From a virus (Duplodnaviria; Caudoviricetes): a DNA stretch of 36,395 bases. Below the pieces are notes generated by a model. It saw nothing but the letters and a program-made list of their open reading frames with translations. It did not search any database and was not told the DNA's origin. Location: IMG/VR virus record IMGVR_UViG_3300030207_001643, positions 1-36,395 of that record; one strand, given 5' to 3'. Position 1 is the first letter of the stretch; every line of letters begins with the position of its first letter. Shown here piece by piece: positions 29,327-36,341 of the stretch. Made by a program: the position numbers and the translations under genes.

Positions 29327-29739
29327 TGAAAACACCAATTAAACATTGCGCTGCTAGTGTTATGCACACTAAAGTATGGAACGACATGAGGTCTAGACAA
29401 GCCGGTTTAGCAAGTAGAGGCTCAGGTAATAAAGTAGGTTTAAAACATGCTGAAGCTAAAAGAACTGCTCCTTTAAATATTAAGGAAGAAGCTTACGAGA
29501 AGCAAAACAGAAAAATGAGAGCCGAGCATAAGCGTGACACTGGTAAAACATTAGGTGAAAGACAAACTAAAGGTACTGGTAAACGTAGAGTTTCATTTGC
29601 ATGTAGATTTGCTGGTATGAAAGGATCTATGAAAGATAAAAAAGGAGAACCTACAAGATATGCTATGGCATTAAAAAAGTGGGGATTTGGCAGTAGAGAA
29701 GCTGCTAGAAACTTCTGTAATAAAAATAAAGAAAAATAA
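29326..29739 (+). CDS. Small basic protein
   Basis: Start placed at the TAATG-coupled ATG 29326 (MKTPIKH). C-module RRVSFACRFAGMKG...ALKKWG. Confidence 0.7.
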   Translation: MKTPIKHCAASVMHTKVWNDMRSRQAGLASRGSGNKVGLKHAEAKRTAPLNIKEEAYEKQNRKMRAEHKRDTGKTLGERQTKGTGKRRVSFACRFAGMKGSMKDKKGEPTRYAMALKKWGFGSREAARNFCNKNKEK

Positions 29740-29740
29740 T

Positions 29741-30007
29741 ATGTATAATTCACCATTTTTTAAACGTATGGGTGAGTTTAAACACTCAGACGCGCCTGAT
29801 GCTAAAGGTAAATTTAAAGAACTACCTGCTGGTAAACTTGCTAGCTGGTTAATTAAAACAAGAAAAGGTAGTTTAAAAAAGATTATTGGTAGTTTAAATC
29901 AACAAGTTGTATTTAATAGAAAGAAAAATCCTAGTTACGCAGCTAAAATGAAAACAACTATGAATATTGTAAGAAAAAGATTAGGTAAAGATGAAGATAA
30001 GTCATAA
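29741..30007 (+). CDS. Small basic protein (MYNSPFFK...HSDAPDAKGKFK)
   Basis: ATG 29741 lies just after the previous stop, in an A-rich context. 88 aa. Confidence 0.65.
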   Translation: MYNSPFFKRMGEFKHSDAPDAKGKFKELPAGKLASWLIKTRKGSLKKIIGSLNQQVVFNRKKNPSYAAKMKTTMNIVRKRLGKDEDKS

Positions 30008-30452
30008 CATAACTTATGCTGAAGCAATACACTCTGAAACTGCAAAGCGTAAAGGAATAGATAATACACCAAATCCAACACAAATAGAAGCTATGAAATT
30101 ATTAGCTGAAAAAGTGTTTCAACCATTACGAGAGTGGGTTGGTGGACCAATAAAAGTTAATTCGTTTTTTAGATCTGCTGAATTAAACGAAGCTATAGGA
30201 GGTTCAAAAACTTCACAGCATTGTAAAGGTCAAGCAATTGACATTGATGATGTCTATGGTCATAAAACTAATGCAGAAATGTATCATTGGATAAAAGAAA
30301 ACTTATCGTTTGATCAAATGATATGGGAATTTGGTACAGATACACAACCAAACTGGGTTCATGTATCATATGTATCAGAAGAAGATAATAGAAAAAGATG
30401 TTTAAAAGCTTATAAAGACGAGTATAACAGAACTAAATATAAAACAATATGA
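29991..30452 (+). CDS. Endolysin, peptidase M15 family
   Basis: SFFRS...N..IGGS..SQHCKGQAIDI...WVHVSY gives the H-x6-D...H zinc ligands of M15A. Confidence 0.85.
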   Translation: MKISHNITYAEAIHSETAKRKGIDNTPNPTQIEAMKLLAEKVFQPLREWVGGPIKVNSFFRSAELNEAIGGSKTSQHCKGQAIDIDDVYGHKTNAEMYHWIKENLSFDQMIWEFGTDTQPNWVHVSYVSEEDNRKRCLKAYKDEYNRTKYKTI

Positions 30453-30793
30453 ACAAATTTAAGTTTAGCAATTATAAATTGCCTCACATGCCTGATGCCG
30501 CGTTAAAACAAACTGTAAGCAGTAGTGGTGGTAATGATTTAGATGAATTTTTAAAAAGAGTAGAAAGTAGAAAAATTACTAATCCTGAATACGCTGATCA
30601 AGAAGGACCAAAGCAAAGTAAAAGTTATGATTTTTTTATAACTAATAGAAATGAAGAAAGTGATAAAGTTGCTAGACAAATGGATTCATTAAACAAAGCT
30701 GTAATGAATCAAGCTAAAAATAGACAGTTTGATGAAATGAGAAGAACTAGAGCTTATCAACAAGATTTAATGAACAAGTACAACATAGACTAG
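30449..30793 (+). CDS. Hypothetical protein
   Basis: 114-aa ORF with ATGA overlap to the endolysin. Last sizeable gene before the terminator. Confidence 0.6.
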   Translation: MNKFKFSNYKLPHMPDAALKQTVSSSGGNDLDEFLKRVESRKITNPEYADQEGPKQSKSYDFFITNRNEESDKVARQMDSLNKAVMNQAKNRQFDEMRRTRAYQQDLMNKYNID

Positions 30794-30839
30794 GATCAAC
30801 ATATAATGGGCGTACCATACCCAAAGATCCTGTAACAAG

Positions 30840-30865
30840 AAGGGAGGCGTTTGCCTCCCTTTTTT
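30840..30865. terminator. Intrinsic terminator at the convergence of the two transcription blocks, probably bidirectional
   Basis: aagggaggc-gttt-gcctccctt followed by a T run. Preceded by the A-rich aacaaga, a weaker U tract for the - strand. Confidence 0.85.
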
Positions 30866-30866
30866 A

Positions 30867-32561
30867 TTATCCGTCACAAGCAACGCAGTCTTCCATAGCT
30901 TTAGCTGCTATATCACCACGTAATACTGATTCAGTACGCATATAATATAAAGTTTTAATACCTTTTTTCCATGCGTCTAAATGAACTTGGTTAATCCATT
31001 TAGGTGTTGCTTCAGCTGGAAAAGCTAAATTCAAACTAACTGACTGATCTATATATTGTTGACGTATTCCTGCTTGTCTAACTAATTCTAATTGATTTAT
31101 TTCTTTAAACGTTTTAAATACTTCTTTAGTATCATCGTCTAATTCTGATATATCTTGTACTGAACCTCCATCTGCTAAGATTTTGTCCCAAGTTTCTTTT
31201 GTGTTAAGGTTTTGTTTTTCCAACACTTTAACCAACGTAGGATTTTTCCTAATGAACGTTCCTTTAGCTGACTGTTCCGTAAATACATTAGCTGCCCAGG
31301 GTTCAATGCCGGGACTAACATTTCCAGAAAGTTTAGAATTACTAACAGTGGGAGCAATAGCGCGTAAATGGGTATTACGAAAGCCAGTACCGACGCACCA
31401 AAGAGGTTCTCCATAAACATCTGCAAGAGCCATAGAAGCTCGTTCAGATTCGATTTTGATTTGGCTAAAGATTCTTCTAGTTTCATATTGTGATAATAAA
31501 CCCTCAAATGGTAAACCTTTTTCTTGTAGATATGTGTGCCAACCTAATACACCAAGACCTAATGCTCTACCTTTTTCAGCAAAGCGTACAGAGTTTTCAA
31601 AACCTTTTCTGTATTTAGCTCTTTGTATAAATTCTTCAAGCACACCATCTAGAAACCATATTGAGTCATAAATGATATTTGTATTTTTCCATTCGTCGTA
31701 CTTAGCTAGGTTTAAGCTAGACAGACAACAAACGAATGAGTGATTTTCATCTGTATGTAAAACTATTTCACTACAGATATTTGTCATATGTACTTTTAAC
31801 GCGTTGTCTTTGTAAGCTGCTGGGTTTTGCTTATTTGTATTTCCTTTAAATAAAATATAAGGTTCGCCAGTTGCTTTGCGCTTTTGAAGTAATTTGCTCC
31901 ACTTTCGTCTAGCTTCAATATCTCCTGAAGTAAGTTTTCGCATAAACTTATCACCGACGACCGCGCATTGATGGAGATTAAGTGACTGTCTATTGACGTC
32001 TCCTTTTGGTTCTCTAATCTCGAGCCATTCTTCAAAATCGTCATGTTCAATGTTGATATTAACAGATGCAGCTCCTCGTCTGACAGATCCTTGATTTGTT
32101 GCGAGTATAGTTGAATCATATATTTTACAAAACGGTACAACTCCGTCACTTGTTCCATTACCAGTAATTTTAGCTCCGGCGGGTCTAATTTGATTTATAC
32201 CGATACCAACTCCACCGCCGTGTTTAGCGAGTAGCATCATCTCTAAATTTTTTTGGCCTATATCTATTATAGAATCAGCAACATCAATGCCAAAGCAACT
32301 AATAGGTAAACCGCGATCAGTTCCGGTGTTTGATAATACAGGTGACGCCAAACATAACCAACCTTTCCATATATATTCAAAAAAAGTTTCTGCCATTTCG
32401 GTCTTCTGTAATCTTTTCGCAACTGTTTTAGCAACTCTTTTGTACGCTTGTCTTGGTGTTTCTCCATTATATAAATAACCTCCTGCTATTGTTTTTTTGT
32501 AAACATCTGTATCACCCCATTCTGGGTAATCAATTCCTTTTTTCCATTGATTGTTCCACAT
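30867..32561 (-). CDS. nrdA: Ribonucleotide reductase class I alpha subunit (short, no ATP cone)
   Basis: PISCF, TNICSEI (N-C-E active site), VCCLSSLNL, AIAPT, TLYYMR and C-terminal CVAC. Confidence 0.95.
   Translation of the reverse strand: MWNNQWKKGIDYPEWGDTDVYKKTIAGGYLYNGETPRQAYKRVAKTVAKRLQKTEMAETFFEYIWKGWLCLASPVLSNTGTDRGLPISCFGIDVADSIIDIGQKNLEMMLLAKHGGGVGIGINQIRPAGAKITGNGTSDGVVPFCKIYDSTILATNQGSVRRGAASVNINIEHDDFEEWLEIREPKGDVNRQSLNLHQCAVVGDKFMRKLTSGDIEARRKWSKLLQKRKATGEPYILFKGNTNKQNPAAYKDNALKVHMTNICSEIVLHTDENHSFVCCLSSLNLAKYDEWKNTNIIYDSIWFLDGVLEEFIQRAKYRKGFENSVRFAEKGRALGLGVLGWHTYLQEKGLPFEGLLSQYETRRIFSQIKIESERASMALADVYGEPLWCVGTGFRNTHLRAIAPTVSNSKLSGNVSPGIEPWAANVFTEQSAKGTFIRKNPTLVKVLEKQNLNTKETWDKILADGGSVQDISELDDDTKEVFKTFKEINQLELVRQAGIRQQYIDQSVSLNLAFPAEATPKWINQVHLDAWKKGIKTLYYMRTESVLRGDIAAKAMEDCVACDG
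31175..31486 (-). CDS. Candidate overprinted +1-frame ORF in nrdA (103 aa, central hydrophobic segment)
   Basis: ATG 31486 (MKLEESLAK...). Frame open for more than 110 codons, with rare C/G-ending nrdA codons in this stretch. Confidence 0.45.
   Translation of the reverse strand: MKLEESLAKSKSNLNELLWLLQMFMENLFGASVLAFVIPIYALLLPLLVILNFLEMLVPALNPGQLMYLRNSQLKERSLGKILRWLKCWKNKTLTQKKLGTKS
31796..32158 (-). CDS. Candidate overprinted +1-frame ORF in nrdA (120 aa)
   Basis: ATG 32158, 120 open codons. nrdA uses CTC/GTC/ATC here where NTA would create a stop. Confidence 0.45.
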   Translation of the reverse strand: MEQVTELYRFVKYMIQLYSQQIKDLSDEELHLLISTLNMTILKNGSRLENQKETSIDSHLISINARSSVISLCENLLQEILKLDESGANYFKSAKQLANLIFYLKEIQISKTQQLTKTTR

Positions 32562-32757
32562 CTTTTAAACGTTTTTCTCTATCTTTTAATTCTTCCACTA
32601 TTTTATTCCACTCTTCTTTACCTAAATGTAATTGAAGAGCTGTTAAAGTACCTTGTGACATACTTACGCACGAGTGTACTTCTTGTACTAGATTTCTAAC
32701 TAAATTAGTTAATCCATCTACTTTATTTTTTAATTCAATTATTTTTGATTCTTTCAT
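32530..32757 (-). CDS. Small coiled-coil hypothetical protein (75 aa, MKESKIIELKNKV...)
   Basis: ATG 32757 overlaps the upstream TGA (ATGA). Fills the gap before nrdA. Confidence 0.65.
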   Translation of the reverse strand: MKESKIIELKNKVDGLTNLVRNLVQEVHSCVSMSQGTLTALQLHLGKEEWNKIVEELKDREKRLKDVEQSMEKRN

Positions 32758-33134
32758 TTTATAAAATGTATTATCCATGCAACTAGCCCATTAATATTTA
32801 ATGCTACTAGATTCCATTGTTTTCTATATGATACTTGAATAAGAACACAGCTAAAACCACATATAAATAATATAGGCTCAAGTGTCCAGTGAGCTGCTAA
32901 TATTAAACCCGCACCCATATAACCTATGCGAACTGGCCATTTGCTATTACCAAATATCTTCAAAGTCTTCACCTTCATTAGCTTTGCTATAATCAGTTGG
33001 CCTAATTGCAAAAAAGTCCGTGTGAGTGTGACCACCAGTAAGATGGTAAAACCAATCAAGTACATCAGCCCCAGCTCTATCAAAGTTAAACAAACGTCTT
33101 TTATCCGTATAACCAAGCTCTGCAAGTTTTTCAT
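32754..33134 (-). CDS. Small multi-TM membrane protein; start at 33134 (188-nt overlap with nrdB) or at 32978
   Basis: The hydrophobic C-part (IGYMGAGLILAAHW...WNLVALNINGL) fills the gap after nrdB. The upstream ATG 33134 has an A-rich context. Confidence 0.6.
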   Translation of the reverse strand: MKNLQSLVIRIKDVCLTLIELGLMYLIGFTILLVVTLTRTFLQLGQLIIAKLMKVKTLKIFGNSKWPVRIGYMGAGLILAAHWTLEPILFICGFSCVLIQVSYRKQWNLVALNINGLVAWIIHFIK

Positions 33135-33915
33135 TTGTTCTTTTTCTTATAAATTGTTTTAGGTCATATGCTTTAAGGTTTTCAATATCACCCATTTCAA
33201 ACATTTTATCAATATATTTTTCTTCAAGATCTACCATAATTTTAGCAGCAGTATATATATCTTCTTTACAGTCTTCTTTTAATGTAGGTATTTCTTCACA
33301 CATATGTCTAAATAATTGACAACCCATTTTACTGTGTAATGATTCGTCTCTTACAGACCACTTCATCTGTTGTCCTATTCCTTTGAGTAAATTGCGTAAT
33401 TGAAAAGAATATAAAACAGCGAAAGCACTATATAAACTAACACCCTCTGCGAAAGCGGAAAAGATTGCCAAGCTACGACCGATCCCCACAGGATCGTTAC
33501 CGTCATAAGCAACCAGATTATCAAAACGTTCTGATGTCGCAGGTTCGTGAAGAAACGCTTCAAAGTCTTCAAGTCCCAATGTTTCATTTAAATAACTATA
33601 TGCAACAGCGTGTATTGTTTCTTGTGAGCCAAACATCATAGCCATCTGTTGCACTTCGTGTTTTGGAAACCATGATACGACTTTTTGTGTCCAATAGTCA
33701 GATACAGCACATTCAGTTTGAGCAAAGCCTAATAGTATATTACCAACTAAGTTTTTCTCAGCTAATGTAAGCTTTTCGTTCCAGTCTTTAACATCACCTG
33801 ACATAGGTATTTCTGTATGTAACCAAAACGCTTGTGCTTGCTTTAACCAACCTTCGGTATAATAAATAGGGTATTCAAACGGTTTGTAAGGTATTCTTTC
33901 TTTAAATAGACTCAT
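32947..33915 (-). CDS. nrdB: Ribonucleotide reductase class I beta subunit
   Basis: AFWLHTEI, ETIHAVAY (ExxH plus radical Tyr), EGVSLYSAF, DESLH and C-terminal TDFF. Confidence 0.95.
   Translation of the reverse strand: MSLFKERIPYKPFEYPIYYTEGWLKQAQAFWLHTEIPMSGDVKDWNEKLTLAEKNLVGNILLGFAQTECAVSDYWTQKVVSWFPKHEVQQMAMMFGSQETIHAVAYSYLNETLGLEDFEAFLHEPATSERFDNLVAYDGNDPVGIGRSLAIFSAFAEGVSLYSAFAVLYSFQLRNLLKGIGQQMKWSVRDESLHSKMGCQLFRHMCEEIPTLKEDCKEDIYTAAKIMVDLEEKYIDKMFEMGDIENLKAYDLKQFIRKRTNEKLAELGYTDKRRLFNFDRAGADVLDWFYHLTGGHTHTDFFAIRPTDYSKANEGEDFEDIW
33375..33587 (-). CDS. Candidate overprinted +1-frame ORF in nrdB (70 aa, two predicted TM helices)
   Basis: ATG 33587 to TAG. Coincides with a patch of rare nrdB codons (ctg gtt, gtg ggg atc, ttg, ctc). 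Confidence 0.5.
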   Translation of the reverse strand: MKHWDLKTLKRFFTNLRHQNVLIIWLLMTVTILWGSVVAWQSFPLSQRVLVYIVLSLFYILFNYAIYSKE

Positions 33916-33916
33916 T

Positions 33917-34066
33917 TTATTTATAAGGTAATTCTAGTGCTATATCTACAAATGGTAAATAAAACACATAAGTTAATCGATCTTTTTCTTCATAAGCTCT
34001 ACAGCCGAATAATAAACCCGGGTAGAAACCTATTGACAAAGACCAGTTCCATTTTTCTTTATCCAT
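33917..34066 (-). CDS. Small hypothetical protein (49 aa, MDKEKWNWSLSIGFYPGLLFG...)
   Basis: ATG 34066 to TAA 33917, ending 1 nt before the nrdB start. Not in the ORF track. Confidence 0.65.
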   Translation of the reverse strand: MDKEKWNWSLSIGFYPGLLFGCRAYEEKDRLTYVFYLPFVDIALELPYK

Positions 34067-34232
34067 AAACTTTAATATTATACTGATCTTGATATTTAAC
34101 CAGTTCTTTATATTTTACTTTTCCTCTTTGATTCCACGACCATTTAACCCACTTATCAATTTGTCGCTCTGCATATTTTTTCCTAGCTATTATTTTAGAT
34201 AACTTAGGATTAACCTTGTTGTTTCGTCGCAT
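34059..34232 (-). CDS. Small basic hypothetical protein (57 aa, MRRNNKVNPKLSKIIARKKYAERQIDKW...)
   Basis: ATG 34232 to TAA 34059, overlapping both neighbours and filling the gap. Confidence 0.55.
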   Translation of the reverse strand: MRRNNKVNPKLSKIIARKKYAERQIDKWVKWSWNQRGKVKYKELVKYQDQYNIKVYG

Positions 34233-34642
34233 TCTTTTTGATTTTGTGGTTTAAATAATATTGTATCAGGATAATTTTTTACTACATATTTTTTAAATAA
34301 TTTCCAACGTATAGGAAATGATTCGTTTGCTCTACCCTTGCACTCAATTATAAAGCTATAATTAGGGCAAATAAAATCAGGAGTATATTTAATTGGTAAT
34401 ATTTTTTTTCTACCACGTTGTTTAAATTCTCCTTTGCCATTTGCCGTACGCTCATAAGAAGCATTATCAAACATAAAGTCTTCAACTATTTCAAATGTAG
34501 CGCCTTCATATGTAGCTTTAATTTTAGCTTTTTTAAGAGCTTTATACATATAACGCTCTAGACCTGAAGCAAATTTGATACCATCATATGTTACCTTTTT
34601 TGCTTGTACAGGTCCTCGTTTTCTTTTATAGTTCTTCTTCAT
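34190..34642 (-). CDS. PD-(D/E)xK endonuclease, T7 endonuclease I/Holliday junction resolvase-like
   Basis: YDGIKFASGLE...YTPDF...IIECKG. ATG is at 34642; the track start at 34645 is TTG. Confidence 0.75.
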   Translation of the reverse strand: MKKNYKRKRGPVQAKKVTYDGIKFASGLERYMYKALKKAKIKATYEGATFEIVEDFMFDNASYERTANGKGEFKQRGRKKILPIKYTPDFICPNYSFIIECKGRANESFPIRWKLFKKYVVKNYPDTILFKPQNQKECDETTRLILSYLK

Positions 34643-34928
34643 CAACGTTTATGTTAGATATATTGTCATTGAAACGTTTAGCTCTGTTTAACATAGCTTC
34701 TTCAACTTCATCACGTAAGCAAGCTCTTGCTGCTTGTATGTATAACAATGCATCCATTATTTCTTCTTGTACATCGATTAAAAAGTCGTTTAAGTCTTTA
34801 TCTTTACCTTCAACTTCTTCCATCATCATTGCTCCGTACTTAGCTTGACCAATCAGACTACGTTGATCTATCTTTTCGATTACTTTCTGTACGATTTTAT
34901 CGTCTGTTTTTACTACGTATTTATTCAT
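34626..34928 (-). CDS. Small helical protein, possible all-alpha NTP pyrophosphohydrolase-like
   Basis: RSLIGQAKYG...QEEIMDALLY acidic helix pattern, adjacent to a MazG-like gene. Confidence 0.5.
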   Translation of the reverse strand: MNKYVVKTDDKIVQKVIEKIDQRSLIGQAKYGAMMMEEVEGKDKDLNDFLIDVQEEIMDALLYIQAARACLRDEVEEAMLNRAKRFNDNISNINVDEEEL

Positions 34929-35700
34929 CTTTTACAAATGTTCCGTTAATCATTTTACCTGTTCGTTTGCTAATAACATTATAAGCGTCTTCGATACAAT
35001 ATTCTATTTCAGTACCGTGTAAATGAGCTAGGTTTGTAAGTACTACAACCATATCACCAATTGCATCGTTTACTTCATCATGATCACTTTGCAATAATGC
35101 TTTTGCTAATTCACCCGCTTCTTCTTGAAGTTTAACATACTGTACATATGTATTACCTTTGTCATATAAGCCTCTTACTTCTGCCCATGCTCTAATCTTG
35201 TCGAATACAGATCCTTCAATTTTAGTTTCAGGCACATCATCACCCCATAATTCAGGAGTTTTAAACCATTCAGCAAATGCTTTATTGTATACATAACACC
35301 TATTGTCATTGTACATAGATGTTTTAACGTTCTGCATTATCCAACGTATAGAATCTAAATTAAGTACAAAGCTACCGTGCTCTGACTTCCATTTAAATCC
35401 TATGTTGTCCATTAAATTACCTTTTAGCTTTTTAACAGGATAAGGAAACGTAGTAGTTTGTTCTGTTACGTTTATATTCATTTTATTTAATTTAACTAAT
35501 TCATTATATTTTTTACGATCAACTTTATAGCCATAAGACTTTTGAAGTTCTATCTCTTTCTCTGATATATAATCTATATCATCGGACTGATCAAGAACTT
35601 CATATTCGTCTGGGTTATAACCCTGTGTTAACGTAACTCTCTTATTAAGATTACATGTAACACCGATCTTTTTACCTGGAATGTGATATAAATAATACAT
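34921..35700 (-). CDS. MazG-like NTP pyrophosphohydrolase with an N-terminal GIY-YIG-like extension
   Basis: C-terminal KLQEEAGELAKA...DAIGDMVVVL...AYNVISKRTGKMINGTFVK. N-terminal YYLYH...KIGVT.NLNKR...EIELQ. Confidence 0.75.
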   Translation of the reverse strand: MYYLYHIPGKKIGVTCNLNKRVTLTQGYNPDEYEVLDQSDDIDYISEKEIELQKSYGYKVDRKKYNELVKLNKMNINVTEQTTTFPYPVKKLKGNLMDNIGFKWKSEHGSFVLNLDSIRWIMQNVKTSMYNDNRCYVYNKAFAEWFKTPELWGDDVPETKIEGSVFDKIRAWAEVRGLYDKGNTYVQYVKLQEEAGELAKALLQSDHDEVNDAIGDMVVVLTNLAHLHGTEIEYCIEDAYNVISKRTGKMINGTFVKDE

Positions 35701-36341
35701 TATATTTTATCATTGTATAAATGTAAGTTGTGTGCATAATGATAATATTCACCAACTTCAATATTTAATCTGTCTGCAACTAATTTTTGTATCATACTAA
35801 AACAGTACTGGTCATTACAAAAACCGTACCAGAGATCATTAGAACGCATTAAAACAGCCATGTTTAGTCTATTGTCTACAATTGTAAACTGTATTGCATA
35901 AGTACATGGAGTATCTTTACTGTAAAATTTATGTTCTTTACAATCGTATATACTTATCGCTGCGTGTCTAGTATCTTTTTCATGTTTAAGCTTAGCTACC
36001 ACATAATCTAGTTGATCGTTACGATACATTTGCCAACCGTAGTTAGAATTAACACATCTTTCACTGTCGGCCATACGTTCCCATATTGGTGGTATTTTAC
36101 CATATATTTCACCAAGCTTATCAATGCTAGGATCACCGGATAAATACCATTGCCATTCAGCTTCAGCATAATCAGGTTTCCAGTTACGTTCTTTATTAAA
36201 TATATAATTTTCTAATGGGTTTTTTAACGTAAACCCTACGTTAAATAAAGCTTTTGTGCCACCGAAGTCTTTGCCATCGGTTATTATTTTGTCAAAAAAA
36301 TAATTATAAGCTTCATCTGCATTTTTAAATTTTCTGCGCAT
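35700..36341 (-). CDS. Thymidylate-synthase-family dCMP hydroxymethylase/methylase (T4 gp42-like)
   Basis: PPIW...NSNYGW, catalytic PCT, MRSNDLWYGFCND with Asp at the ThyA Asn177 position, and NLHLY. Start 36341 preferred; 36371 is an alternative. Confidence 0.8.
   Translation of the reverse strand: MRRKFKNADEAYNYFFDKIITDGKDFGGTKALFNVGFTLKNPLENYIFNKERNWKPDYAEAEWQWYLSGDPSIDKLGEIYGKIPPIWERMADSERCVNSNYGWQMYRNDQLDYVVAKLKHEKDTRHAAISIYDCKEHKFYSKDTPCTYAIQFTIVDNRLNMAVLMRSNDLWYGFCNDQYCFSMIQKLVADRLNIEVGEYYHYAHNLHLYNDKI

Noticed and set aside
30867-32561. nrdA lacking an ATP cone, and possible intron or intein in the RNR genes
   Set aside because: Short ATP-cone-less alpha subunits are common in phages. 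Both RNR ORFs are continuous, with no insertion.
4080-34848. Opposite-strand ORFs in the track (e.g. 4222-4458, 6807-7133, 19172-19528, 28553-28909, 31183-31416, 34588-34848)
   Set aside because: They lie antisense to well-supported genes, have no recognisable motifs and show composition typical of shadow frames.
36008-36169. 53-aa +1 ORF (MLKLNGNGIYPVIL...) inside the dCMP hydroxymethylase gene
   Set aside because: Only about 3 stop opportunities are avoided, which is compatible with chance. Worth rechecking if the overprinting pattern is confirmed.
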